Shown: positions 1 through 9,999 of the stretch, piece by piece
How the letters are laid out: the number at the start of each line of letters is the position of its first letter
Numbering within the stretch: position 1 is the stretch's first letter
Assembly: GCA_035545995.1 (NCBI GenBank)
Contig: DASZXH010000053.1
Location: 33,345-97,344, forward strand
Direction: 5' to 3'
DNA from: Verrucomicrobiia bacterium
Lineage (GTDB): Bacteria > Verrucomicrobiota > Verrucomicrobiia > Limisphaerales > UBA11358
DNA: 64,000 nt
Notes under the pieces: model-generated
Told to the model about the DNA's origin: nothing
Seen by the model: the letters and a program-made list of their open reading frames with translations, nothing else
Databases searched by the model: none
Made by a program: the position numbers and the translations under genes

Positions 1-130
1 CAATCGGGTTTGCCACAGCGGTAGTGTTAGTTTGCCCCAACGCTTTTCCGCCGCACGACAACGCCGCCAGCGAAATGACCGCCAAGTATAATCTGCGATT
101 TCTATTTTTCTGCTCTCTAAAAGCTTTCAT
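1..130 (-). CDS. N-terminal part of a secreted or lipoprotein-like protein (partial, runs off the left edge)
   Basis: ATG at 128-130 (minus strand) opens an uninterrupted frame to position 1: MKAFREQKNRNRRLYLAVISLAALSCGGKALGQTNTT... The basic n-region plus hydrophobic core looks like a signal peptide. It is too short to appear in the ORF track. Confidence 0.4.
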   Translation of the reverse strand, partial: MKAFREQKNRNRRLYLAVISLAALSCGGKALGQTNTTAVANPI

Positions 131-224
131 AAATTTAATAGGTTAAAATTTCAATTCTCTTCGCGAAATCCATGTGGATTCGCGCTTTGCAAACGCCCAA
201 GGCGATTGCAAAGATTCAGTTAAA

Positions 225-253
225 GGAAAAATTTTCAGGCGAAGCAATTCGCC
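225..253 (-). terminator. putative intrinsic terminator after the 265..582 ORF
   Basis: Hairpin GGCGAA-GCAA-TTCGCC at 238-253 lies 12 nt past the stop codon. On the minus strand it is followed by a T-rich run (plus-strand GGAAAAATTTT). Confidence 0.4.
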
Positions 254-264
254 CGAAACCGGAA

Positions 265-582
265 TCAGGAAACGGAGCAGGGAGCAGGCGGCGCGCGGCC
301 TAATGGAAGGTTTTCAACAAACGGGCTGAAAACGGAAAATTCCACTAACGGCTGAATTTCAATCCAGCCAATTGGAACGGAAACCGGAGCATTAAATGTG
401 GTGGTTTCAGTATTTCCATGAAGCACCACGGCAACCGCGCAATCGTCGTCGTCGGGAATTGAGCCGCCGTGCAGCCACGCGTGAAACGACGGATGGGTTT
501 CGGCGAAACCGATGAGCAGCCAAATCGCGAGCGACAAAGCTCCCGTGGCGATATGCAGTCGTTGGCGATTCCGGCGATTCAT
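265..582 (-). CDS. small membrane-anchored hypothetical protein with His/Asp/Cys-rich segment
   Basis: 105-aa ORF with an N-terminal basic stretch plus one TM helix (IATGALSLAIWLLIGF), then HPSFHAWLHGGSIPDDDDCAV. It has its own copy of the palindromic box also found in front of the ZIP gene. Confidence 0.5.
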   Translation of the reverse strand: MNRRNRQRLHIATGALSLAIWLLIGFAETHPSFHAWLHGGSIPDDDDCAVAVVLHGNTETTTFNAPVSVPIGWIEIQPLVEFSVFSPFVENLPLGRAPPAPCSVS

Positions 583-596
583 CAGTTATCTTTTAT

Positions 597-615
597 ATTG
601 CAAATTGTTTGCAAT
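597..615. promoter_or_regulatory. palindromic operator-like box ATTGCAAAT-T-GTTTGCAAT (Fur/Zur-family-like)
   Basis: 9-1-9 inverted repeat with one mismatch, 15 nt upstream of the start of the 265..582 ORF. It has the same core as the box at 1521-1541. Confidence 0.5.
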
Positions 616-665
616 TCAGCAAATGCCATGCCGCCTTTGATTGAGCATTTAGATTCATTGTCCAA

Positions 666-1514
666 TCAGGCGGCTTCAAATTGTTTGATAATCACCGCGA
701 CCGCCAAGCCCGCAATCAAAGCGGCGGAGAGTTTGAAACGGTCATGCGAATGAAATTGCAGTTCCGGCAACAAATCGCTGCTGGCAATGCAAAGAAATGA
801 GCCGGCGCAGAACGCCAGCGCGCAACCCAGTATCGGTGTGTCAGCACCGACCAAATGGTTCGCGCCAAAATAGAACAATACCGCGCCGAGAGGACTGGCC
901 AGCGAAAAAAGGCCGTTCAAAACGTGGCGCGACGATTTTGATTTTCCGCTCGCGGCCATCAATGTTGAAACGGCCATCGCATCAAACGGCTTGTGCAAAA
1001 TCACGACGAGCGCGACGCCGAGTCCGGCCAGTTTTGCATTGCCCTGTGTGCCGGCAACGACGGCGGCGGCCAATGCCAGTCCATCCAGCAGCGAATGAAA
1101 CGTCAAACCGAGCGCCGTGCCGACCCACGAAAGTTGTTTCGCTGATTTATCCGCCAGCGTATGCGCGTGTTCATCGTCGTGATGATGCTCGTGCGAATGG
1201 TCGTGTTCGCAACAATCTTCGGGATCGCCTTCGGGCAAATCATGGTGATGAAAGTGGAAAAACCGCTGCACAAAAAACATCGCCAGAAATCCGCCGAGCA
1301 TCCACGCGGCGGTTTTATCCAGCGAATGTAATTGCTCATCCGCGTCCGGCAAAAAATGGAGTAGGGCGATGCCGAGCATCAATCCGGCGACAAAGCTGAC
1401 GGCAATTTGCAGGCGGGTGTGCGTGAGATGGATGAACAACAAAAACCAGCCGCCCGCGAGCGACGCGAACAAAACCAGCACACAATAAATGGTCAGCAAC
1501 CAGCCCGGCGACAT
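666..1514 (-). CDS. ZIP-family divalent metal (zinc) transporter
   Basis: 282 aa, polytopic, with a His-rich cytoplasmic loop (HFHHHDLPEGDPEDCCEHDHSHEHHHDDEHAH). Conserved ZIP-like helices HSLLDGLALAAA and ILHKPFDAMAV. Confidence 0.85.
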   Translation of the reverse strand: MSPGWLLTIYCVLVLFASLAGGWFLLFIHLTHTRLQIAVSFVAGLMLGIALLHFLPDADEQLHSLDKTAAWMLGGFLAMFFVQRFFHFHHHDLPEGDPEDCCEHDHSHEHHHDDEHAHTLADKSAKQLSWVGTALGLTFHSLLDGLALAAAVVAGTQGNAKLAGLGVALVVILHKPFDAMAVSTLMAASGKSKSSRHVLNGLFSLASPLGAVLFYFGANHLVGADTPILGCALAFCAGSFLCIASSDLLPELQFHSHDRFKLSAALIAGLAVAVIIKQFEAA

Positions 1515-1520
1515 AATCTT

Positions 1521-1541
1521 AATTGCAAATCATTTGCAATT
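1521..1541. promoter_or_regulatory. perfect 10-1-10 palindrome AATTGCAAAT-C-ATTTGCAATT (Fur/Zur-family-like operator)
   Basis: Perfect inverted repeat 7 nt upstream of the ZIP start codon (1514). AT-rich with a 7-1-7 core TGCAAAT-N-ATTTGCA, as in Fur-family operators. Confidence 0.55.
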
Positions 1542-1591
1542 TAGGGAAATCAAAAAGCGACCGCAAGATTTATTTTTGGATTAAATCGTGA

Positions 1592-4500
1592 TTATTTCCC
1601 GCAGCACTGCTTGTATTTTTTGCCGCTGCCGCAGGGGCAGGGGTCATTGCGACCGACTTTCGGGCCGGTGCGTTTTGGTTTTGGCTTTTGTTTAGAAATA
1701 TCGTCCGCCGCATCACTGACAATATCACTTGGCTTTTTGTCCGGCGTTTTTTTATTGTCGTCAAAAGCACTGGGAGTTTCGTGCGTTGTTGTCGGAGGAA
1801 TATTTCGCAGGAAATCTTCAAAAGCTTTCATGCTCGACGCGCTACGGAAAACGTTGTGGCAGATTTCCGTTTTCACGTTGACCATGAGTTCGCCGAAAAT
1901 CTTGAACGCCTCGGCCTTGTATTCCACGAGCGGATCGCGCTGGCCATGCGCGCGCAGACCGATGCTTTGGCGCAAGCTGTCCATTTCGTAAAGGTGTTCC
2001 TGCCACAATTTGTCAATCGCGCTCAAGATGGTGTAACGCTCAACCATCGCGAGTTTTTCGGGTTCTTCAAAACTGACTTTCAAGTCGTAAGCTTTGCGGA
2101 TGCTGTCAGAAATGAAATTGCAAACGGCAAATTGCGCTTCGTTCAAGCCATCGAAAAGCGAACCGGATACCGGCTTTTCCTTTCCTGATTCGGCGGCTTT
2201 GATGATTTCACTTTCCGGCATTCCGAGCGGGAAATTCAAGTTTACCCAATCGGCCAATTGCCGGATTTTCCATTCCGTGATGTCGGCATCGGCGGAAGTG
2301 AATTGCTCGACTTTCAAGATCACGACTTCTTCGATGATGTCCATCAACCGGTCGCGCACGTCGTCGCTGTTGATGATTTCATTGCGGAAACCGTAAATGA
2401 CTTCGCGCTGCTTGTTCATCACGTCGTCGTATTCGAGCGTGCGTTTGCGTTGCTGGAAATTGTGCTGCTCGACGCGTTTTTGCGCTTGCTGAATGGAACG
2501 GTTCAAAAGCGGATGCGTCAATTCCTGACCTTCTTCAAGTCCCATGCGTTCCATCAATTTCACGATGCGGTCGGAGCCGAACAGCCGCATCAAATCGTCC
2601 TCAAGCGAAATGAAAAAGTGCGATGAACCGGGATCGCCCTGACGCGAGCAACGACCGCGCAACTGCCGGTCAATACGCCGCGATTCGTGACGTTCCGTGC
2701 CGAGAACGTGCAAACCGCCGACTTCGGCGACACCCGGACCGAGTTTGATGTCCGTGCCGCGACCAGCCATGTTCGTGGCGATGGTGATGGCGCCGCGCTG
2801 TCCCGCGCGCGCGACAATTTCCGCTTCCTGCTGGTGAAATTTCGCGTTGAGAACGGAATGAATCAATCCTTCCTTTTTCAGCATCCGCGACAACATTTCA
2901 CTCGTCTCGACGGAAATCGTGCCAACAAGAATCGGCCGGCCATGTGCGTGAAGCTCCTTGATTTCGCCGACAACCGCGCCGAATTTTTCGCGGCGCGTTT
3001 TATAGACCGAATCGTTTTTGTCCTTGCGGATGTTCGGTTTGTTCGTCGGAATCGTCAGCACGCCGAGTTTGTAAATGTCGAAAAATTCCGCCGCTTCGGT
3101 TTCCGCCGTGCCGGTCATGCCCGCGAGTTTCTGATAAAGCCGAAAATAATTTTGGATTGTAATCGTCGCGAGCGTTTGCGTTTCGCGCTCAATCGCCACG
3201 CCTTCCTTCGCTTCAACGGCCTGATGCAAACCGTCGCTCCAGCGGCGGCCCGGCATCAAACGTCCCGTGTGCTGGTCAACGATGATGACTTTGTTTTCCT
3301 GCACGACATATTCCACGTCCAATTGATAAATGGAATACGCCTTGAGTAATTGTGAAATCGCGTGAATCTTCTGCGCCTTCGCCTCGAATTCCTGCTGCAA
3401 TTTATTTTTCGCTTCCAAACGCTGGCGCGCGTCCAAATCCGCTTTGACATCAATTTCATGCAACGCCGTCGTCAAATCCGGCAGCACAAACGCTTCCGGG
3501 TCTTTGGGCGAAATGAAATTCCTGCCTTTCTCCGTCAAATCCGCATCGTGACTTTTTTCGTCAATCGCGAACAGCAATTCTTCCTTTTCGCGATACAAAT
3601 CCACTTTCTTCTGGTCTTTGTGCAATTCCAGTTCCGCGCGATTCATCAATCCGGCGTATTCGGGATTTTCCAAAATTTTCATCAACGCTTCCGATTTCGG
3701 CTGGCCGGTTTTGACGCGAAAAAGTAGCAAACCAAGTTGATGCTCAATTTCCGCAGGGCTTTGTTTTTCCGCGAGCGGATGATCGGATTCTTTGGAATTT
3801 AATTTTCGGATTAAATCTTCTGCTTCCTTCAAAAAGCGTCCGCACAATTGCTGCTGGGCGCGCACCAGACTTTCGACGGTCGGTTTCCATTGCGCGTATT
3901 GTTCGTCGAACGTGTGCATCGAAGGGCCGGAAATGATGAGCGGCGTGCGCGCTTCATCAATCAGGATGGAATCCACTTCGTCCACGATGGCGAAATAATG
4001 GCCGCGCTGGACTTGATGTTCCTTTTTCTGCGCCATGCCGTTGTCGCGCAGATAATCAAAGCCGAATTCCGCGTTCGTGCCGTAAGTGATGTCGCTGGTG
4101 TATTGCTCGCGGCGAACGTGCGGCGGCTGGTCGTGCAAAATCACGCCGACCGTCAGGCCGAGAAATTTGTAAATCGCGCCCATCCATTCCGAGTCGCGCG
4201 CGGCCAGATAATCATTCACCGTCACGACATGCACGCCGCGTCCGGTCAGCGCATTGAGATAAACCGGCAGCGTCGCGACCAAAGTTTTGCCCTCGCCCGT
4301 CGCCATTTCGGCGATTTTGCCGAGATGCAATCCCATGCCGCCGATGAGTTGCACGTCGAACGGAATCATTTCCCATTTCAGCGGATGGCCGCGCACAATC
4401 ACTTCCTGTCCACACAAACGGCGACAGGCGTTTTTCACGACGGCAAACGCTTCCGGCAAAATTTCCTCCAGCCGTTGCGCCAATTCTTTGTTGTCGGAAA

Positions 4501-4663
4501 TTTTGGAAAGCTCGTCTTTCCACGCGGCGGTTTTGGCGCGCAACTCGTCGTCGGAAAGCTTTTGCAATCCGGCTTCAATCTCATTGATTTGCCGGACACG
4601 CGGCCAAAGTTTTTTGACTTCGCGCTCGTTCTTATTAAAAAGATTTTTGAACCAATTAAACAT
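1592..4663 (-). CDS. secA: preprotein translocase ATPase SecA
   Basis: 1023 aa. N-terminus MFNWFKNLF..., Walker A MATGEGKT, DEAD-like DEVDSILIDEARTPLIISG, C-terminal zinc finger CPCGSGKKYKQCCG. Confidence 0.98.
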   Translation of the reverse strand: MFNWFKNLFNKNEREVKKLWPRVRQINEIEAGLQKLSDDELRAKTAAWKDELSKISDNKELAQRLEEILPEAFAVVKNACRRLCGQEVIVRGHPLKWEMIPFDVQLIGGMGLHLGKIAEMATGEGKTLVATLPVYLNALTGRGVHVVTVNDYLAARDSEWMGAIYKFLGLTVGVILHDQPPHVRREQYTSDITYGTNAEFGFDYLRDNGMAQKKEHQVQRGHYFAIVDEVDSILIDEARTPLIISGPSMHTFDEQYAQWKPTVESLVRAQQQLCGRFLKEAEDLIRKLNSKESDHPLAEKQSPAEIEHQLGLLLFRVKTGQPKSEALMKILENPEYAGLMNRAELELHKDQKKVDLYREKEELLFAIDEKSHDADLTEKGRNFISPKDPEAFVLPDLTTALHEIDVKADLDARQRLEAKNKLQQEFEAKAQKIHAISQLLKAYSIYQLDVEYVVQENKVIIVDQHTGRLMPGRRWSDGLHQAVEAKEGVAIERETQTLATITIQNYFRLYQKLAGMTGTAETEAAEFFDIYKLGVLTIPTNKPNIRKDKNDSVYKTRREKFGAVVGEIKELHAHGRPILVGTISVETSEMLSRMLKKEGLIHSVLNAKFHQQEAEIVARAGQRGAITIATNMAGRGTDIKLGPGVAEVGGLHVLGTERHESRRIDRQLRGRCSRQGDPGSSHFFISLEDDLMRLFGSDRIVKLMERMGLEEGQELTHPLLNRSIQQAQKRVEQHNFQQRKRTLEYDDVMNKQREVIYGFRNEIINSDDVRDRLMDIIEEVVILKVEQFTSADADITEWKIRQLADWVNLNFPLGMPESEIIKAAESGKEKPVSGSLFDGLNEAQFAVCNFISDSIRKAYDLKVSFEEPEKLAMVERYTILSAIDKLWQEHLYEMDSLRQSIGLRAHGQRDPLVEYKAEAFKIFGELMVNVKTEICHNVFRSASSMKAFEDFLRNIPPTTTHETPSAFDDNKKTPDKKPSDIVSDAADDISKQKPKPKRTGPKVGRNDPCPCGSGKKYKQCCGK

Positions 4664-4772
4664 GACAATTCTCGAAAAATGGAACAGACACGCTACGCGA
4701 GGAAACGCGCAGCGTCAAAGCGAATCACTCAAGGCTGGCTTCTTTTTGCGCTTCCGGTATTTTGCGCGGATA

Positions 4773-5591
4773 ATGGACATCGCACCCGCATCGCTCGGCC
4801 TCATCGCCGGCAACCGCTCGCTGCCGCTGGAATTCTCCAGATTGGCGCGCGCCGCCGGTGTGAAAAAACTGGTCGCCGTTGCGTTTGAAAACGAGACGGA
4901 ACCGGAATTGGCCAAGCTCGTGGACGAAATTGTCTGGCTCAAGGTCGGCCAGCTTTCCAAAATGATTGCCGCCTTCACCGAACGCGGTATCACGCAATGC
5001 GTCATGGTCGGTCAGATTGCGCCGAAAAATCTTTTCGATTTGCGGCCTGATTTGCGCGCGATGGGCGTGTTGTTCCGGCTCAAGGAAAAAAACGCGCACA
5101 CGATTTTTGGCGCGATTGCCGATGAATTGAAAAAGGACGGCGTGGAATTGATTGACGCGACGCCGTGGCTGAAACCGTTGATGCCCAGACACGATTTTCA
5201 GCTTGGCCCGAAATTATCCGACGAACAAAAAGCCGATGTGGAATTTGGATTTAGAATTGCCAAGGAAATTTCGCGTCTGGAAATCGGACAATTGGTCGTC
5301 GTGAAAAATGGCGTGGTGCTGGCCGTCGAAGGATTTGAGGGTACGGACAAATGTCTCACGCGCGGTGGCGAACTGGCCGGCAAAAATGGCGGCGCGGTGG
5401 CCGTGAAAGTCGCCAAGGAAAAACACGATTTGCGGTTTGACATTCCGTCGCTGGGCGCAAAAACGATTGAAACCTGCGCGGTATCCGGCATTTCCGTTCT
5501 GGCGATTGAGGCGGGCAAAACACTTTTGCTTGAACGCGAGGCTTGCGAAACGCTGGCAAAAAAAAATAAAATTTCTGTCGTCACAATTTAA
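4773..5591 (+). CDS. lpxI: UDP-2,3-diacylglucosamine pyrophosphatase LpxI (DUF1009 family)
   Basis: Start trimmed to the ATG at 4773, because the upstream part of the tracked ORF is antisense to secA. Motifs LGLIAGNRSLP, EIGQLVVVKNGVVLAVEGFEGTD, DLRFDIPSLG and VLAIEAGKTLLL match the LpxI pattern. Confidence 0.85.
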   Translation: MDIAPASLGLIAGNRSLPLEFSRLARAAGVKKLVAVAFENETEPELAKLVDEIVWLKVGQLSKMIAAFTERGITQCVMVGQIAPKNLFDLRPDLRAMGVLFRLKEKNAHTIFGAIADELKKDGVELIDATPWLKPLMPRHDFQLGPKLSDEQKADVEFGFRIAKEISRLEIGQLVVVKNGVVLAVEGFEGTDKCLTRGGELAGKNGGAVAVKVAKEKHDLRFDIPSLGAKTIETCAVSGISVLAIEAGKTLLLEREACETLAKKNKISVVTI

Positions 5592-5593
5592 CC

Positions 5594-6100
5594 ATGCTCA
5601 CATCACACGAATTGTTTGGCTTCATGTCGCCGGATTTGGCGAACGAAATCATTGTCTTTGTCCATGACACGGACAAGCAGACGTATCGCGCCACGCTGGA
5701 TGCCGTGGCCAAGGCGCGCCATGTCCGCACCGTTTTTATGGAACGCCAGCCCAAGCCGCAGCGTTACGCGGCCATCATTTCCACGTTGTCCAAGCCGGGA
5801 TTGGAGCAAGTCGCGGGCGGATTGCTCCGCGTGTGGCTCGTGAAAAAGCACCGGGCGATGCTCGCGGATTTCGTGACGGCGCTAGGCATCGAAAACGAGG
5901 ACGGCGTCGTGGAAGATTTGCCGGCGACGATGGACGATGCGAAATTGAAATCGGCGGTGGAAAGTCTTTTGACCAAATATCCGCCGGAAACGGTGGCGGT
6001 TTATCTGAACGCATTCAACGAAATGAACGAAGCCAATTGGCCAAATCTTAAAAACATATTAGAATCTGAACTGCGCCTGCAACTCGGCGCGCACGCTTAA
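5594..6100 (+). CDS. hypothetical protein
   Basis: 168-aa ORF tightly packed between lpxI (2-nt gap) and gnd (4-nt gap). Codon usage resembles its neighbours. No motif recognised. Confidence 0.6.
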   Translation: MLTSHELFGFMSPDLANEIIVFVHDTDKQTYRATLDAVAKARHVRTVFMERQPKPQRYAAIISTLSKPGLEQVAGGLLRVWLVKKHRAMLADFVTALGIENEDGVVEDLPATMDDAKLKSAVESLLTKYPPETVAVYLNAFNEMNEANWPNLKNILESELRLQLGAHA

Positions 6101-6104
6101 TTTT

Positions 6105-7571
6105 ATGGACGCTCAAGCTGACATCGCACTTATCGGTCTGGCCGTGATGGGCCAGAATCTCATTTTGAACATGAACGACCACAATTTCACCGTCGTGGCG
6201 TTCAATCGCACCGTCGCCAAAGTGGACGAATTTCTCGCCAACGAAGCGAAAGGCACAAAAGTTATTGGCGCACATTCGCTGGAAGAAATGGTCGCTAAAT
6301 TGAAAAAGCCGCGGCGCGTGATGCTTATGGTCAAAGCGGGCGCGCCAGTGGACGAATTCATCGAACATCTGCTGCCGTTGCTGGAGCCGGGCGACATCAT
6401 CATTGACGGCGGCAATTCGCTGTTTGAAGACACGAATCGCCGTGTAAAATACGTTGAATCGAAAGGATTGCTTTACATCGGCACGGGAGTTTCCGGCGGT
6501 GAAGAAGGCGCGCGGCACGGCCCGTCCATCATGCCCGGCGGTTCGCCCGTCGCGTGGCCGCATGTCAAAAATATTTTCCAGAGCATCGCCGCGAAAGTGG
6601 ACGGCGCGCCGTGCTGCGATTGGGTCGGCGAAGGCGGCGCGGGGCATTACGTCAAAATGGTTCACAACGGCATCGAATACGGCGACATGCAGTTGATTGG
6701 CGAGGCTTACAACATTCTGAAAAACGGCCTGGGCATGAGCGACGATGAGATGCACCAAGTTTTTGCCGAGTGGAACACGGGCGAATTGGATTCCTATTTG
6801 ATTGAAATCACGCGCGACATTCTCGCTTACAAAGACACGGACGGCACGCCGCTCGTGGACAAGATTCTCGACACCGCCGGTCAAAAAGGCACGGGCAAAT
6901 GGACGGTGCAAAACAGCGTGGATTTGGGAATACCGATTACGTTGATTGCCGAGGCGGTTTATGCCCGCTGCGTTTCCGCGCTGAAAGACGAACGCGTGAA
7001 GGCGTCGCGCAAATTGAAAGGACTGAAACCGTTGTTGTCCGTCGCCAAAAATCCCGCGAAGAAAAAGCAATTCATTAACGACGTGCGCGACGCGCTTTAC
7101 GCCTCAAAAATCATTTCCTACGCGCAGGGTTACATGCTCATGCGCACGGCGGCGAAGGATTACGGCTGGAATTTGAATTACGGCGGCATCGCGCTCATGT
7201 GGCGCGGCGGCTGCATCATCCGCTCGCGTTTCCTCGGCAAAATCAAAGAGGCTTACGACAATAATCCGAAGCTGCTGAATCTGTTGCTTGACGATTATTT
7301 TCGCGGCGAAATCAAACGCTGCCAAAAAGGCTGGCGTAATGTCATTTCTGCGGTGGCGAAAAAAGGAATTCCCGTTCCCGCGTTCAGCACCGCGCTCGCA
7401 TTTTACGACCAGTATCGCAGCGCCGTTTTGCCCGCGAATTTGTTGCAGGCGCAACGCGATTATTTTGGCGCGCACACTTACGAACGCGTGGACAAACCGC
7501 GCGGTGAATTTTTCCACACGAACTGGACAGGCAAGGGCGGAACGACTTCTTCCAGCACATACAATGTATAA
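6105..7571 (+). CDS. gnd: 6-phosphogluconate dehydrogenase, decarboxylating
   Basis: 488 aa. Motifs [13 protein letters not shown] (NADP fold), [53 protein letters not shown]. Confidence 0.97.
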   Translation: MDAQADIALIGLAVMGQNLILNMNDHNFTVVAFNRTVAKVDEFLANEAKGTKVIGAHSLEEMVAKLKKPRRVMLMVKAGAPVDEFIEHLLPLLEPGDIIIDGGNSLFEDTNRRVKYVESKGLLYIGTGVSGGEEGARHGPSIMPGGSPVAWPHVKNIFQSIAAKVDGAPCCDWVGEGGAGHYVKMVHNGIEYGDMQLIGEAYNILKNGLGMSDDEMHQVFAEWNTGELDSYLIEITRDILAYKDTDGTPLVDKILDTAGQKGTGKWTVQNSVDLGIPITLIAEAVYARCVSALKDERVKASRKLKGLKPLLSVAKNPAKKKQFINDVRDALYASKIISYAQGYMLMRTAAKDYGWNLNYGGIALMWRGGCIIRSRFLGKIKEAYDNNPKLLNLLLDDYFRGEIKRCQKGWRNVISAVAKKGIPVPAFSTALAFYDQYRSAVLPANLLQAQRDYFGAHTYERVDKPRGEFFHTNWTGKGGTTSSSTYNV

Positions 7572-7642
7572 AAATTAGGCAGCTCGTTCAGTTCGTCGCA
7601 AAAACAATTTGCATTTTTATGCGGGTGGCTTTAATTGGCGGC

Positions 7643-9949
7643 ATGAAATTCAATCTCAGAATTTTGCCGGTTGCTGTTTCATTGTCATTTTTAACTTTTA
7701 TGTTTTCAACCGCGCGCGCCGCCGATGTCGGCACCGGCGATTATTTCAAAGGGCCGATTGGCATCCAGCTTTACAGTTTGCGCGCGCAACTGGCGACGAA
7801 TGTGCCAGGCACGCTCGACGAAGTGAAACGCTGGGGCGTCGTGAATGTCGAACTTGCGGGCACTTACAATTTGACGCCGCAGCAATTCAAGGAACAACTC
7901 GACGCGCGCGGCTTGAATGCCGTCAGCGGCCATTTTCCTTACGAACGTTTGCGTGACGACGCGGAAGGCGTAGCGCGCGACGCGCAAATTCTCGGACTCA
8001 AATACGTCGGCTGCGCGTGGATTCCGCATGACGACAACAAACCGTTCGATGAAAAAACCATGCGTGGGGCGATTGCTGTCTTCAATCAGGCGGGCAAGGC
8101 GCTGGCCAAACACGGCCTGAAATTTTTCTACCACGTTCACGGCTACGAATTTCAACCCTATCAGGACGGCACACTGCTGGATTTGTTGATGCGCGAGACG
8201 AATCCGAAATACGTGAATTTCCAAATGGACGTTTTTTGGATTGTGCATCCGGGGCAAAATCCGGTCGCGCTGCTCGAAAAATATCCCAAGCGCTGGCAGT
8301 TGATGCACTTGAAAGGAATGCGCGACAGCACGCCTACGGGTTTGCTCACCGGCCACACGGACGTGACGAACGACGTGGCGCTCGGCACGGGCAAAATTGA
8401 TTACGCACCGATTTTACGCGAGGCGAGAAAAGTCGGCGTGAAATGGTATTTCATCGAGGACGAATCGCCGTCGTCCGAGCAGCAGATTCCGAAGAGTTTG
8501 GGCTATCTCGAAAATGTGAAATGGGGAAAGCTGGGAATTTTTTCGCGTCAAAGCGATGTCGGCGATGTCGCGCAGGAAGGTTCGGCGGAATACAATCATG
8601 AAACCGGCGAATACACCGTTGCGGGCAGTGGCGCGAACATTTGGTCCACCAACGATGCGTTTCATTTCGTCTGGAAAAAATTGTCGGGCGATTTCACGCT
8701 GACGGCCAATATCAAATTTCTTGGCACTGGCGGCAATCCGCATCGCAAGGCGTGCCTGATGGTTCGACAATCGCTTGATACAGATTCCGTTTATGGCGAC
8801 GTCGCGTTTCACGGCAACGGATTGGCGGCGTTGCAATATCGCGAAACGCCGGGCGACACGACGCATGAAATTCAATCGAACATTTCCGCGCCCGCGCGCG
8901 TGCGTCTGGAAAAACGCGGCGATTTTATTTCGATTTGGGTCGAATCCGCCGGTGGAAATTTGAAATTGAACGGCGGTTATCAGCGCGTTCCCATCAAGGG
9001 AGAATTTTACATCGGTCTCGGCGTTTGCGCGCACGACAACAATACGATTGAGCGCGCGGTGTTTTCCAACGTTCAACTTAAGCCCATCTCGACGCCCGCC
9101 AACGCGCAGCCTGCGCTGGAAAGCACGCTGGAAACGATTGCGATAGATTCCACCGACCGCAGCGTGGTTTATCACACGAGCGACCACATCGAAGCGCCGA
9201 ATTGGTCGCGCGACGGAAGTTATTTTATTTTTAACAGCGGCGGGCGAATTTACAAATTGTCCACCAATGGCGTCGCGCCGGAGCTGATTGACACCGGCAA
9301 ACAAATCCATTGCAACAATGACCACGGACTTTCGCCGGACGGTTCATTTCTGGCCATCAGCGACCAGAGCGACCCTGACGGCAAGTCGCGCATTTGCATT
9401 TTGCCCGTCACCGGCGGCGCGCCGCGGCAGGTTACGCTGGACGGGCCGTCTTATTGGCACGGCTGGTCGCCCGACGGCAGAACGCTCGCGTATTGTGCCG
9501 AGCGCAACGGCCAATTCGATATTTACACCATTCCCGTGGACAATATCCACGAAACGCGCCTGACCAGCGCGCTCGGTTTGGCCGACGGCCCGGATTATTC
9601 GCCCGACGGTCAATACATTTACTTCAATTCTGAACGCAACGGCTCGATGCAAATCTGGCGCATGAAACCGGACGGTTCGGAACCGGAGCAAATCACTTCT
9701 GACGATTACAACAATTGGTTCGCGCATCCGTCGCCCGACGGCAAATGGATTGTCTTTCTCACTTACGGTAAATCCGTGGTCGGCCATCCGGCGAATCAAG
9801 ACGTGATGTTGCGTTTGATGAATTTGTCCGACAAAAAAATCCGCGTGCTCGCGAAATTATTCGGCGGGCAGGGGACTATCAATGTTCCATCATGGTCGCC
9901 CGACAGCAAAAATGTGGCGTTCGTCAGTTATCAATTGGTTTATCCGTGA
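7643..9949 (+). CDS. secreted three-domain fusion: xylose-isomerase-like TIM barrel + beta-sandwich + TolB-like PD40 beta-propeller
   Basis: Signal peptide [26 protein letters not shown]. The N-terminal ~280 aa resemble sugar-phosphate isomerase/epimerase TIM barrels. The middle part is a lectin/glucanase-like sandwich. The C-terminus has repeated PD40 motifs ([57 protein letters not shown]). Confidence 0.8.
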   Translation: MKFNLRILPVAVSLSFLTFMFSTARAADVGTGDYFKGPIGIQLYSLRAQLATNVPGTLDEVKRWGVVNVELAGTYNLTPQQFKEQLDARGLNAVSGHFPYERLRDDAEGVARDAQILGLKYVGCAWIPHDDNKPFDEKTMRGAIAVFNQAGKALAKHGLKFFYHVHGYEFQPYQDGTLLDLLMRETNPKYVNFQMDVFWIVHPGQNPVALLEKYPKRWQLMHLKGMRDSTPTGLLTGHTDVTNDVALGTGKIDYAPILREARKVGVKWYFIEDESPSSEQQIPKSLGYLENVKWGKLGIFSRQSDVGDVAQEGSAEYNHETGEYTVAGSGANIWSTNDAFHFVWKKLSGDFTLTANIKFLGTGGNPHRKACLMVRQSLDTDSVYGDVAFHGNGLAALQYRETPGDTTHEIQSNISAPARVRLEKRGDFISIWVESAGGNLKLNGGYQRVPIKGEFYIGLGVCAHDNNTIERAVFSNVQLKPISTPANAQPALESTLETIAIDSTDRSVVYHTSDHIEAPNWSRDGSYFIFNSGGRIYKLSTNGVAPELIDTGKQIHCNNDHGLSPDGSFLAISDQSDPDGKSRICILPVTGGAPRQVTLDGPSYWHGWSPDGRTLAYCAERNGQFDIYTIPVDNIHETRLTSALGLADGPDYSPDGQYIYFNSERNGSMQIWRMKPDGSEPEQITSDDYNNWFAHPSPDGKWIVFLTYGKSVVGHPANQDVMLRLMNLSDKKIRVLAKLFGGQGTINVPSWSPDSKNVAFVSYQLVYP

Positions 9950-9999
9950 GCGGAAAACGGAATTGAAGCCATCCAGTTCTTCGCGTAGCCTCAATCGCC

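Noticed and set aside
185-213. 13-bp-stem hairpin CTTTGCAAACGCC-CAA-GGCGATTGCAAAG containing TTGCAAA half-sites upstream of the partial left-edge gene
   Set aside because: It shares the TTGCAAA core with the Zur-like boxes. However, the half-site spacing and orientation differ (11-13 nt instead of 1), and it lacks a U-run for a terminator. I cannot decide between an operator variant and a chance hairpin.
4287-4772. N-terminal 162 codons of the tracked 434-aa ORF
   Set aside because: This part overlaps the secA 5' end in antisense and has no LpxI similarity. The LpxI homology begins at the ATG at 4773.
6048-7070. 340-aa ORF on the minus strand
   Set aside because: It is antisense to gnd. It is a shadow ORF. 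The same reasoning applies to 3848..4888, 8414..9325, 53702..54649, 62708..63382 and the many 60-230-aa ORFs overlapping confident genes.
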